Assembly (NCBI GenBank): GCA_017507105.1
Contig: JAFWBM010000031.1
Location: 20,265 to 84,264 of the forward strand
Direction of reading: 5' to 3'
Length of the DNA: 64,000 nucleotides
Source: Bacteroidaceae bacterium
GTDB lineage: Bacteria; Bacteroidota; Bacteroidia; Bacteroidales; Bacteroidaceae
Part shown: positions 29,720 to 39,295 of the stretch, piece by piece
Layout of the letters: every line of letters starts with the position of its first letter
How positions within the stretch are numbered: position 1 is the first letter of the stretch
Position numbers and translations under genes: made by a program
The notes under the pieces: model-generated
What the model saw: only the letters and a program-made list of their open reading frames with translations
The model's database searches: none
Told to the model about the DNA's origin: nothing

Positions 29720-31570
29720 ATGAAGAAAATATTAGCTGTTATGTTCGCTGTTGTTGCCGCTTTGTCGTGTGCAAACGAAGAAAAGAGAATCTTTTTGGCT
29801 TCAGATTACGGAATAGTTCCTAACACCGGTAAAGATGTGACAAAGGCTGTAGCCCTTGTTCTAGAGAAGATAAAAAGTGAGTGTGACGGGAAACCTGCGA
29901 CTTTATTGTTCGATGTCGGCGAGTATGATTTCTATCCCGATAGTGCCAATGTGCGCGAATATTATATCTCGAACCATGACCAGGATAACCCAAAGCTAGT
30001 GGCAATAGCCCTTGAGGGTATGAAAAATCTCATAATTAAAGGAAAAGAAGATGAAACAGGTAACGTTAGTGAACATACCGGAACACGGTTTATGATGAAC
30101 GGACGTATGCTGCCTGTTGCAATGATTGATTGTGAGGGGTGCGAACTCAAAGGTGTACAGATAGATACCCGAGTGCCGCAAATAACACAGGTCGAGGTGC
30201 TGGAGAATGATGCGGATAAAGGTTACATTACCTATCGTGTAGAGCCACAGGCAAGATATAAGATTGTGGATGGACGTTTTATTACATATGGCAACAATTG
30301 GGAAATGCAACCATGTGCGGGTATTGCATTTGACGGAAAAACCGGACATTTGGTGTATCGTACCAGTGATATTGCTGTGGGTGTAAGTGATGTCGAGGAG
30401 GTGGAACCTTATGTTATTAAGGCTCCATGGAGAGATGAACGTCTTATTCCCGGAACTTTTGTCGCGATGCGCTCATATTATCGTCCTACACCGGGTATAT
30501 TTCTATCTGCTTGTAAAAATATTAAACTAGAAAATGTAGTGGTTCATTATGCCGAGGGTATGGGATTGTTGGCACAGACATGCGAAAACATTGATTTGTC
30601 ATATTTCTCAGTCGCTCCTCGTAAAGGTAGCGGACGTTTCTATACTACACAGGCCGATGCCACACACTTCTCGAGTTGCAAGGGAATAATCAACTCAGAA
30701 AAAGGATATTATTCGGGTATGATGGACGATGCAATCAATGTTCATGGTACTTATCTGCGTGTGGTACATCGTATCGATAACTATACACTTGTAGGCCGTT
30801 ATATGCATCCGCAAGCATACGGATTCTATTGGGGTGGTGCCGGTGATAGCGTGCAGTTTGTACGTTCCGATGTAATGGAGGTTACAGTTCCTAATAGGGT
30901 TGCAGAGATTACTCCGTTCGACAAAGAGCAGTTGGCTGGATGTACGGAATTTAAGATAAAGTTCGAACAGCCTCTGCCGCAGGATATAGCTAATGGCAAC
31001 TATGGTATTGAGAATTTGGAGTGGACTCCTGAGGTGGTTTTCAACGATAATGTGGTAACTAATAATCGTGCTCGTGGTGCTCTTTTTAGCACTCCTAAAA
31101 AGACTATTGTTGAGAATAACTTTTTTGATCATACTTCGGGAACTGCCATCTTGTTGTGTGGTGATTGCAACGGATGGTTCGAGACAGGGGCTTGTCGCAA
31201 TGTTGTGATACGTAAAAACCGTTTTGTAAATTCGCTCACAAACATGTTCCAATTTACAAATGCCATAATATCAATATATCCAGAGATACCCAATCTGGCA
31301 GACCAAACAAAATATTTTCATGGTGGAGAGGGTAAGGGTGTTGTAATAGAAGAGAACCTTTTTGAGACATTTGATGCTCCAATTGTGTATGCTAAGTCGC
31401 TTGACGGTCTTGTGTTCCGTAACAACAAGATTGTTCAAAACAATGATTTCGAGCCCTTCCACTGGAATAATCATCGTTTCCTCTTTGAGCGTGTGGTAAA
31501 TGTTGTGATTGAGAATAATGAATTTCAGGGTGGGTTTGACAAGGAAAAGGATGTAATGTACCGTTTTTGA
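29720..31570 (+). CDS. Right-handed beta-helix (PbH1) glycosidase, GH110 alpha-1,3-galactosidase-like
   Basis: 616 aa with lipoprotein-like signal MKKILAVMFAVVAALSC. It has repeated beta-helix-type segments (NNRARGALFSTPKKTIVENNFF, NVVIRKNRFVN, VVIEENLF). The GH110 assignment is from memory of family size and motifs and is not verified. Confidence 0.5.
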   Translation: MKKILAVMFAVVAALSCANEEKRIFLASDYGIVPNTGKDVTKAVALVLEKIKSECDGKPATLLFDVGEYDFYPDSANVREYYISNHDQDNPKLVAIALEGMKNLIIKGKEDETGNVSEHTGTRFMMNGRMLPVAMIDCEGCELKGVQIDTRVPQITQVEVLENDADKGYITYRVEPQARYKIVDGRFITYGNNWEMQPCAGIAFDGKTGHLVYRTSDIAVGVSDVEEVEPYVIKAPWRDERLIPGTFVAMRSYYRPTPGIFLSACKNIKLENVVVHYAEGMGLLAQTCENIDLSYFSVAPRKGSGRFYTTQADATHFSSCKGIINSEKGYYSGMMDDAINVHGTYLRVVHRIDNYTLVGRYMHPQAYGFYWGGAGDSVQFVRSDVMEVTVPNRVAEITPFDKEQLAGCTEFKIKFEQPLPQDIANGNYGIENLEWTPEVVFNDNVVTNNRARGALFSTPKKTIVENNFFDHTSGTAILLCGDCNGWFETGACRNVVIRKNRFVNSLTNMFQFTNAIISIYPEIPNLADQTKYFHGGEGKGVVIEENLFETFDAPIVYAKSLDGLVFRNNKIVQNNDFEPFHWNNHRFLFERVVNVVIENNEFQGGFDKEKDVMYRF

Positions 31571-33210
31571 TGACGCTAGAGATACATCATTTTGACGTTG
31601 ATACTGCAGGTATAGAGCTACCTGTAAGGTTCAATAATCCGTTTTATTATAAACCTCATCGGTTGTGTTGTATGGCAGCCGATGAGGTTAAGAAATATAT
31701 TGCTGCCAACAAGGAATGGAGTCTTGAGGTTACAAATGGAAAAATGATGGGTGTGCTTGTGGTTCGAGAGAAGAGTGGTTCAATCGGTTTCCTGATGGCT
31801 TTCTCGGGACTTTTGTGTGGTAGTAACCGACAACCGGGATTTGTACCTGCTATATTTGATTTCCAATCTTCCGATGGATATTTTAAATGCGAAGAGGCCT
31901 ATATATCACAACTGAACAGAAAGATAGCTGATATTGAACGGAGTGATGGTTATTCCGATGCCTTGTCGCTTTTGAATGAGACAACTTCTATGATGGAGAG
32001 TGAACTTGCTCTAATGCGTATGAAGATGCGCAAAAGTAAGAAGGAGCGTGATGTTTTACGTAGCAGGGGTACTCTTTCGGCCGATGATGATGCACTCCTT
32101 GTGCGTGAAAGTCAGTTTCAAAAGGCTGAGTTCAAACGTCTTTCTCTATTTTGGCAGCAAAAGGTTACAATCTGTAAAGAGGCTCTTTTACGGTATGACG
32201 AGAGAATCACATTATTGAAACAGGAGCGTAAAGTGCGTTCTGCTGCTTTGCAAGAGTGGCTATTTGGGAATTTTATATTATGTAATGGAATAGGTGACAA
32301 GAAGAGTGTGCTTGATATATTTGCAGAGCAAAGGGGGACTCTACCTCCAGCCGGGACCGGAGAATGTGCTGCTCCTAAATTGTTGCAATATGCCTATATG
32401 AATAAACTGCAACCGCTCTGCATGGCTGAATTCTGGATGGGTGCATCACCTATAGGTGAGGTTCGTCGGGATGGCTGCTTCTATGGCTCATGCAAAGGGA
32501 AATGTGAACCCCTCTTATCATATATGCTGCAAGGTATAGATGTTGATGCACCAACTCATGACAATGATAAATCTTATGATGTTGCAATTGTGTATGAGGA
32601 CGATTGGCTTATTGTGACTGATAAACCGGAGGGAATGCTCTCTGTCCCGGGAAAAACAGGAGATGTTTCACTGCAGGAATGGCTCGCCTGTCATTTTGGC
32701 AGAGATGATATATATGTGGCGCATCGCCTGGATATGTCGACGTCGGGGCTTATAGTTGCTGCAAAAGGAATTGATGCATACAAGGCGCTGCAGAAACTTT
32801 TTGTATCTCGTAAAGTAAAGAAGAAATATATGGCTCTTCTCGATGGAGTGCCGATAAACAGTAAAGGCGAGATTTCTCTACCACTAATGCCCGATTATCA
32901 TAATCGTCCGGCTCAAAAGGTTGATTACCATGAAGGTAAGGAGGCTTTAACCAAGTATAAAATTGTAGATATTGTGGATTATTCAGCACATAAATGTGCT
33001 ATTGTAGAACTCTATCCACATACAGGGCGCACCCATCAGTTGCGAGTGCATTGTGCACATAATAAAGGCTTGGATACTCCTATTGTTGGTGACGCTCTTT
33101 ATGGGAAGATAGATAGACGTCTTATGTTGCATGCTGCTTCTTTGGAGTTTGTACATCCTTTTACAGGTAAGTTGCTGGAATTTGAATCTCCAATAAATTT
33201 TATAGATTAG
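31570..33210 (+). CDS. RluA family pseudouridine synthase with ~330-aa N-terminal extension
   Basis: The ATG at 31570 overlaps the upstream TGA (TGATG). The C-terminal catalytic domain has HRLDMSTSGLIVAAKG and GRTHQLRVH. The N-terminal part is uncharacterised. Confidence 0.85.
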   Translation: MTLEIHHFDVDTAGIELPVRFNNPFYYKPHRLCCMAADEVKKYIAANKEWSLEVTNGKMMGVLVVREKSGSIGFLMAFSGLLCGSNRQPGFVPAIFDFQSSDGYFKCEEAYISQLNRKIADIERSDGYSDALSLLNETTSMMESELALMRMKMRKSKKERDVLRSRGTLSADDDALLVRESQFQKAEFKRLSLFWQQKVTICKEALLRYDERITLLKQERKVRSAALQEWLFGNFILCNGIGDKKSVLDIFAEQRGTLPPAGTGECAAPKLLQYAYMNKLQPLCMAEFWMGASPIGEVRRDGCFYGSCKGKCEPLLSYMLQGIDVDAPTHDNDKSYDVAIVYEDDWLIVTDKPEGMLSVPGKTGDVSLQEWLACHFGRDDIYVAHRLDMSTSGLIVAAKGIDAYKALQKLFVSRKVKKKYMALLDGVPINSKGEISLPLMPDYHNRPAQKVDYHEGKEALTKYKIVDIVDYSAHKCAIVELYPHTGRTHQLRVHCAHNKGLDTPIVGDALYGKIDRRLMLHAASLEFVHPFTGKLLEFESPINFID

Positions 33211-33256
33211 ATACTATTTTAATTAAAGGAGATAATTAATAGTTATTAATATTTAA

Positions 33257-33290
33257 AAAGCTGCCAGCAAGAAACTATGCTGGCAGCTTT
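33257..33290. terminator. Bidirectional hairpin terminator between convergent genes
   Basis: Arms AAAGCTGCCAGCA / TGCTGGCAGCTTT (13 bp) with an 8-nt loop. It lies between the stop at 33210 (+) and the stop at 33338 (-). Confidence 0.7.
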
Positions 33291-33337
33291 AATTAAAGTA
33301 AGAAAATCGCTGTTGATTCCTTGTTCGTCTGGTTCTT

Positions 33338-36300
33338 TTACTTGACAAGTACCTTTTTACCGTTTACAATGTATATACCATGTGCCGGATTGGTTACACG
33401 ACGACCGCTAAGGTCGTATATGGTATTATCATTTGTGCTCTCTGCAATGTTATCTATACCTGTATCACTCTCTGTAACTTCTATGCGAAAAAGGTTACTG
33501 TATCTATCACTGTAGCCTTCTGAGTTTGACCAAGCATCGAATGTCCCGGTAGCCATAATGATGATAGAACCATCGTTCTCTCCACCATCTCTTTTGCTTA
33601 CAAGGTAGTAGGTGTTGTCTATGTTACTGCCTTTCTTGATATTCCAATCGCAATAGGTTGGAATGTACTCCTTGAGTGTTCCGCTATTGTTGTTGTAACC
33701 ATAGTTGTTACCGGCACGCCATATCATATACAGTTGCTTTTTTTCGTTAAAAAAACTGTACTTGCCACTCTCCTCCTTTGTGCAAAAAAACTCTGCTGCT
33801 TCACCAATCTCTTTAGCCGGAGTATTACTGATGTTTAGTTTGTTGTTGTCGTCGATGTATAGTACATATTCCTTCCCGTTTTGCTGTACATTAGTAAAGG
33901 TAAGTGTTTTACCGTCCCATTTATCGGCAGGAGCAGCACCGGCCAAAAGAGCGTAGATGCTATCTATCTCCTCGACTGTTGGCTCCTTGCTCAATGAATC
34001 AAGTGCATCTGCTACAGCACTCTTTATCTCTTCTGAAGTATCTGCTGCTATAGCAGTAAAGTATGCTTGTAGGAAAGCACGACGGTCTATATTTTTGTTT
34101 ACGCTGTATTCACCTTTGGTAATATACTCAAGTTCATATGCTACATAGAGGTTATCAAAACCATCAAAGTTGTGTTGTCCCTCACCATAGGGGAAACAGG
34201 TAGATACGGGGTTATTGCGCTTGCCGAATCCGGTAAGTGTCTCTTCGTATATGAATCCTATTCTGTTGTCGGCTTGTAGGTCCATTGAACTATATGCCGA
34301 TGAGGTGCTGCTGACCTGGAAAAAACCGTTCCAATCGTTAGAGAAGTTCTCTACACTATTTAGGTCGCTAATCTCTGTAAGCTCCTTATAGAAGATACCT
34401 ACGTTGCTACGTCCACTGCCGGTAGGGAGTGACTGTAGTGCGAGGTACATATCTTTGTTGTCGCTGTTGCGGACAACAGGAACAATCAGAATCTCACCGT
34501 TGGTTGAGTTGTTGCCTGCACTATGGCCTGCACCGGCAAATGTACTCATCTCGGGTGTACTCCACTTACCTTCACCTTCAAGAGTGTTGCTGTATGTGTA
34601 TATGTTGTACAGACGACCACCTGCAATGCGGCTTGAAATTATCACTCTTCCGTCGGGCATCTCTTCGCACTTGGGCTCGTCACCGCCAGGTACAGGAAGT
34701 GCTGATGCACCGCCAAGAGCATGCCATGTGGCACCGAAGTCATCGGAGTATACTACACGGTTCCCGTTTGGACGTGCGCACATTGCTGCATAGATTCGGT
34801 AATATTTGTCTTTCTTGATAATACGGCTTTGGAATACCTTGCCTCCTGCTATAAATGCAGCTTCCATAGGATATCCGTCATCAAATAGGCTGTATATGTC
34901 TTCTGTAATATTTACAGGTTCTTCCCATGTCTCGCCGTTGTCCTTACTGCGTATGAGGGCGATTAGGTTGGGGTTCTTACGTGTTGTCTTGGAATTGCCA
35001 TATACAGTGCATCCGGCAACTGCAAGAACTATTACTTCATTGCTAATGCGGTCGGCAACGATTGCGGGGTCACCGAATGCCGTGTCAAAATAGTTCTCTT
35101 CGGCTGATGTCTTACCTGTACCTACGGCAACATCCTTTATTTCACTCCATGTCTTACCGTTGTTATCGCTTGTGCGGCAAACAATGTCTACTTGACCATA
35201 TCCGGGATCGGTACCACAAACAAGGCGTGAAGCTACTGCTATAAGACGGCCGTTGCTTGTAGTTGTTATACCCGGAATACGATAGGGAGGTATTACGCCA
35301 TCACCATTGCTTGTATTGAAGAGATCCTGCTTCTCGGGGGTAGCTGCTGCATTTGTGTCAGATACTGTTATCTTACCATCAACAACTGTTATCTTTGAGT
35401 TCTCAAGAATATTGCCGATTATACCAGCCTTTAGCTGCTTCTCTGTTATCTTGTTGGTAGATAGAAAGAAACCGCCGTCGAAAGCTGTCTCGCTTATGTT
35501 GTCGTGGGTGTATGTGACGTATATGTTCTTGTCACCTTCAATCTCGACATTGTAGATGTACAATCCTTCGGTATCAACAGCCTCGAAACGCCACATGTTG
35601 TCGTCTGCTGTTCCTCCATCTGTCCATGTGGTAATGAAGTCGGCACCGCCAACCTTGAAGTTTGTACCACCGTTTGTACAGTTGATTGCCTCTGTAAAGA
35701 AATAATAACGGTACTCACCTACATCTTGTGTCTCACCTATAGTCAGCTCGTTGAATGTTCCGGCTACACTTGAACCGTAGTTGCTACCTGCAATCATAGG
35801 ATTACCATCACCGTTCTTGACACCAATCTTGTTGTTGTCTTTTACTGTAACATGCCATATACCGTTGTTAGTGTATACCAAATCATTGGATTGCAATGTA
35901 AAACGCATGCTGTTACCTTCGTGAAGAGCATTGTTATAGAGGTGTTCGGTGCGGGCTGTAGCCTTGCTTATGATGTGGTAGTAACCGGTTTTTACGTCTT
36001 CGGGCTCTGGTATCTCAATGTCATCTCCATTAAGGAACGCTTCTATGTCATTTACCCATTGTGCGCACTGTTCACCAGATATTGAGCTGTTTCTGAAGCG
36101 AATGAGTAGACCTTTCAGTGTCTTTGATTTCTCGACATCGTTGGCATACTCCTCGCGCAGAATCTGCACCTTTTCGTATTGGTGTATACCCTCGATAAGA
36201 CGCTCGAAACGTACGCTTGAACGATTCCCGGGGTAGTAGCAGTATGTGTCGCCTGAACCGAACTTACGGTAGCGACTATCGGTAAGAGGATGCTCGTCCC

Positions 36301-38359
36301 AATTTATCCATGACCAATGTAGGTATCCGTCGAGGTTTGTAGCTGCTGCATATAAAGGCAGATATGTAGCCTCGGCAGGGTATGAGTTTGTGTAGATGTT
36401 AGGCTCTTTGTCGGCACAACTTGTGTAGAATGTGGTTACGCGGTTCTTGGCTTTGCGGTCGTTCATCTGGGCTGTTGTAAATGAACGGTCTTGTCCTAAT
36501 GCTACGCACATGTCTTGTAGTTTGTCGCATAGTGATGAGTGGTAGTTGCCGGCGAGTGCCATATTGAAACCAAGTGAACTTGCTATGTTGTATGCGTTGA
36601 GCATGTCCGATTCGGCACGCTCGTCCATAGCGATATTGGTCTTCTCGAACCAGCCTTTCTCTTGCAAGTGAACTTTGAAAGCTTTAAGGAAATTGGTCCA
36701 CAAATCGCGGTAGTCCGATGCATAAGTGTTTGTCTTGATGAACTTATAGCTAGAAGATGCCTCGTCATAGTAGCGGAAACTCATATCCCAGGGCACCATA
36801 CTGAAACAGTTAATCTGTTTTGTAATACCATATTCAGCACACAACTCGACATATTTGTCGAATACAGTGTAATCATACTCCCATGTACCATCCTTCTTTT
36901 TGATGGTCTGTACCATCGGGTCAAATTTATCGGGCTCGTGTGTTTGCTCGCCCCAAGGTTCATAGAACATGATTGCTGTGACGGTGCGTTGTCCTGCACG
37001 GCCAAGTGCTTGAAGATAGGGACGCAAAGCATCAAGGTGCTCGTCGCTCCATCTTTCAACACCATAATATCGGCTTACAGCATAGGGTTGTTGCCAAAGA
37101 TCCAAGTGAAACTTTTGTTCAGCTACTGTGGGTAGTGAACGGCTGTTTACGTTGATGTTAAGCTTAAGGCTCTTTACAACTTTGTTGCTTGAATTAACAA
37201 TCTCCAATTCGGTTGTATAAGTGCCGGCCTTGGCATTGCGAGGTATTTCAAGAGTACACCATATGGGGCGTGTCTCCATTGCCGGTACTGCATGAGGCTT
37301 GTCCTGGTCTATTACATCTGCCACAAGCCATGTGGGATATGTCATCGGGTGATTTCCGCATGCGTCAAAATCATCGGTAATTACATAATTGACAAAACGT
37401 GCATCACCCCCGTTAATTCCAGTTGCGACACCCGATCTTTTCCATTCGGTCATACGTACGCTCATCATACCTTGGTCGCTGTTGCTATATAGTACGGCCT
37501 GTATGTTGGCACGCTCACCTTTCCAAGCAGCTATAGTGGCCTCTTCTTGCTGTGTCAATTGTGGTACCTCATGCAATGAATAGTGAACATCGCGTGAAGC
37601 CCATGAAGCGTTCAAGCCTGCCGGTATCGCATTCCAGGCTGCCGCATCGGGGGTGGTACCTACTCGTGGCTCTTCGTAGTCGTCTATAGGATAACCTGCA
37701 TTGGGATCCTCTTCTTCTGCAACACCTGTAATTTTAAGTGTTACGTCAATTATTGAACCTCCGTCGCTAATGAAATTTGCATATGAACCTGTGGGGTCGA
37801 TGCTGTTCCACTGTACTGCATAACGCATACGATAGGTAGAACCTGTCTCTAATCCGGCAGGAACGGTAAATGAACCGGGAGCCAGTACGTTGCCGCTTGA
37901 CAAATATGTGCCATCGCTGTTCCAGCCTGTGTCTCCGTTTGTATTATGCCCATAAAGTGACCAGCACATAAGCTCGTTCCCTTCGCCCTTTGTATAGGGG
38001 CCTGAACCTTCTAGGTTAACCTCGAACTGTTTACTGTTGTCCCAGTCTACAAATACATAACCATGCATCCACTCTCCGTTTATTGTTATCAATGGAGTTA
38101 CAACCTCACCCGACTTAACCTCAAAAACAGTTGATGTCTTGTCGAAATAGGCTGCACAGCGTGGTGCCGAAGCAATGTCGTTAAGAACTTGAGTGGGTGA
38201 TTGTTTGCCAACAATACCTACTGCCTTGGGATAGTGGGTGCCATGAGCTATCTTTTCATTTGCTCCATGAACCACATAGTAGTCTGATTGCTGGGCATTT
38301 GCGCAGATGCTTAACAATATGATGAAAAGCATTGCAAATGAGAATCTTTTACATTTCAT
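33338..38359 (-). CDS. Multidomain secreted glycosidase: DUF4091/GH123-like module + GH33 exo-alpha-sialidase + T9SS C-terminal sorting domain
   Basis: 1673 aa with signal peptide MKCKRFSFAMLFIILLSICANAQ. The central region has WQQPYAVSRYYGVERWSDEHLDALRPYL and FYEPWGEQTHEPDKFDPMV. The sialidase YRIP motif is at aa 1026 (35284-35273), with Asp-boxes SDNNGKTW, SKDNGETW and SDDFGATW. The C-terminus ends IYDLSGRRVTNPAHGIYIVNGKKVLVK. Confidence 0.85.
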   Translation of the reverse strand: MKCKRFSFAMLFIILLSICANAQQSDYYVVHGANEKIAHGTHYPKAVGIVGKQSPTQVLNDIASAPRCAAYFDKTSTVFEVKSGEVVTPLITINGEWMHGYVFVDWDNSKQFEVNLEGSGPYTKGEGNELMCWSLYGHNTNGDTGWNSDGTYLSSGNVLAPGSFTVPAGLETGSTYRMRYAVQWNSIDPTGSYANFISDGGSIIDVTLKITGVAEEEDPNAGYPIDDYEEPRVGTTPDAAAWNAIPAGLNASWASRDVHYSLHEVPQLTQQEEATIAAWKGERANIQAVLYSNSDQGMMSVRMTEWKRSGVATGINGGDARFVNYVITDDFDACGNHPMTYPTWLVADVIDQDKPHAVPAMETRPIWCTLEIPRNAKAGTYTTELEIVNSSNKVVKSLKLNINVNSRSLPTVAEQKFHLDLWQQPYAVSRYYGVERWSDEHLDALRPYLQALGRAGQRTVTAIMFYEPWGEQTHEPDKFDPMVQTIKKKDGTWEYDYTVFDKYVELCAEYGITKQINCFSMVPWDMSFRYYDEASSSYKFIKTNTYASDYRDLWTNFLKAFKVHLQEKGWFEKTNIAMDERAESDMLNAYNIASSLGFNMALAGNYHSSLCDKLQDMCVALGQDRSFTTAQMNDRKAKNRVTTFYTSCADKEPNIYTNSYPAEATYLPLYAAATNLDGYLHWSWINWDEHPLTDSRYRKFGSGDTYCYYPGNRSSVRFERLIEGIHQYEKVQILREEYANDVEKSKTLKGLLIRFRNSSISGEQCAQWVNDIEAFLNGDDIEIPEPEDVKTGYYHIISKATARTEHLYNNALHEGNSMRFTLQSNDLVYTNNGIWHVTVKDNNKIGVKNGDGNPMIAGSNYGSSVAGTFNELTIGETQDVGEYRYYFFTEAINCTNGGTNFKVGGADFITTWTDGGTADDNMWRFEAVDTEGLYIYNVEIEGDKNIYVTYTHDNISETAFDGGFFLSTNKITEKQLKAGIIGNILENSKITVVDGKITVSDTNAAATPEKQDLFNTSNGDGVIPPYRIPGITTTSNGRLIAVASRLVCGTDPGYGQVDIVCRTSDNNGKTWSEIKDVAVGTGKTSAEENYFDTAFGDPAIVADRISNEVIVLAVAGCTVYGNSKTTRKNPNLIALIRSKDNGETWEEPVNITEDIYSLFDDGYPMEAAFIAGGKVFQSRIIKKDKYYRIYAAMCARPNGNRVVYSDDFGATWHALGGASALPVPGGDEPKCEEMPDGRVIISSRIAGGRLYNIYTYSNTLEGEGKWSTPEMSTFAGAGHSAGNNSTNGEILIVPVVRNSDNKDMYLALQSLPTGSGRSNVGIFYKELTEISDLNSVENFSNDWNGFFQVSSTSSAYSSMDLQADNRIGFIYEETLTGFGKRNNPVSTCFPYGEGQHNFDGFDNLYVAYELEYITKGEYSVNKNIDRRAFLQAYFTAIAADTSEEIKSAVADALDSLSKEPTVEEIDSIYALLAGAAPADKWDGKTLTFTNVQQNGKEYVLYIDDNNKLNISNTPAKEIGEAAEFFCTKEESGKYSFFNEKKQLYMIWRAGNNYGYNNNSGTLKEYIPTYCDWNIKKGSNIDNTYYLVSKRDGGENDGSIIIMATGTFDAWSNSEGYSDRYSNLFRIEVTESDTGIDNIAESTNDNTIYDLSGRRVTNPAHGIYIVNGKKVLVK

Positions 38360-38671
38360 AATATAGATTAATTAGATTATTGTTTTATCTTTTTTATGTT
38401 TTTGTCTGTTCGGAGGTTGCCTAGTGAGTCATGTAATTTTGTTCAGGGTGACGGACAATAAGTTCTATATTATCATTAGATAACATATTTTGCAAAAATA
38501 ACAAAACAAATCATATTTGTTGTATAAAACAGACCTTTTTTCGGCTGTTATAGCCTTTAAATATATGACTGTAAAAGAATTCATTATGTTGCTTTGAGTG
38601 TTTCAAAGCTAGTACACTGTATGTTCGAGCTCTATCTCAAATATAGTGTGATATTCACTTTATTTCGGGGG

Positions 38672-39295
38672 TCAGTAGTTTATGAAAAGCATGTATTCTC
38701 CATCAGCACTGATGGATACCTTCTCGCCGATGGCTTCATTAAGTGTTCCTTGCCACCAGTTTACGAAGTCGTATATGGGGAAAATGGTCCCTTCGCTTTT
38801 TAATTTTTTAGCTGTAAAATTGAAGATGGAGAGTTGTTGCCCCTTGTATGTTTCAATTGTGCAATCTCCTTTACATGGGATAAATACTCCATAATCGGTA
38901 TACATTCGCACTTGTGCTCCCAACCGTGCATACTCTATGAGCAGGCTTATGTTACCTATTGTATGGTCTTCTCTTTTTCCTGTAGCTCCTACAATTGCTA
39001 TCTTGTGCTTGCCGTTTTCTATAAGTAGGCGTACCGATTTTGTAAGGTCGTTACTCTCTTGTTCACTTATGCAGTGCACAATTTGTGCATACTTTATGCG
39101 ATATTCTTCTTGCAATGAGTCTCCGTCGCCTATTATGATGGTGGGGCTGTTTCCCTTTTCTATGTAACTGTTGGCGGCACCATCGCTACAAACTACATAT
39201 GGTGTCGATGATAATACTTCTAGCGGGATTCTTGCTGTAGGATAGTCTCCGTTTGCAAGAATTACGGCATCAAACTCTTTTTCAAATATTTTCAT
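38672..39295 (-). CDS. Thiamine diphosphokinase (thiamine pyrophosphokinase)
   Basis: 207 aa with AVILANGDYP...VVCSDGAAN...IIGDGDSL motifs of the TPK family. It is the last gene of the TPP-riboswitch operon. Confidence 0.8.
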   Translation of the reverse strand: MKIFEKEFDAVILANGDYPTARIPLEVLSSTPYVVCSDGAANSYIEKGNSPTIIIGDGDSLQEEYRIKYAQIVHCISEQESNDLTKSVRLLIENGKHKIAIVGATGKREDHTIGNISLLIEYARLGAQVRMYTDYGVFIPCKGDCTIETYKGQQLSIFNFTAKKLKSEGTIFPIYDFVNWWQGTLNEAIGEKVSISADGEYMLFINY

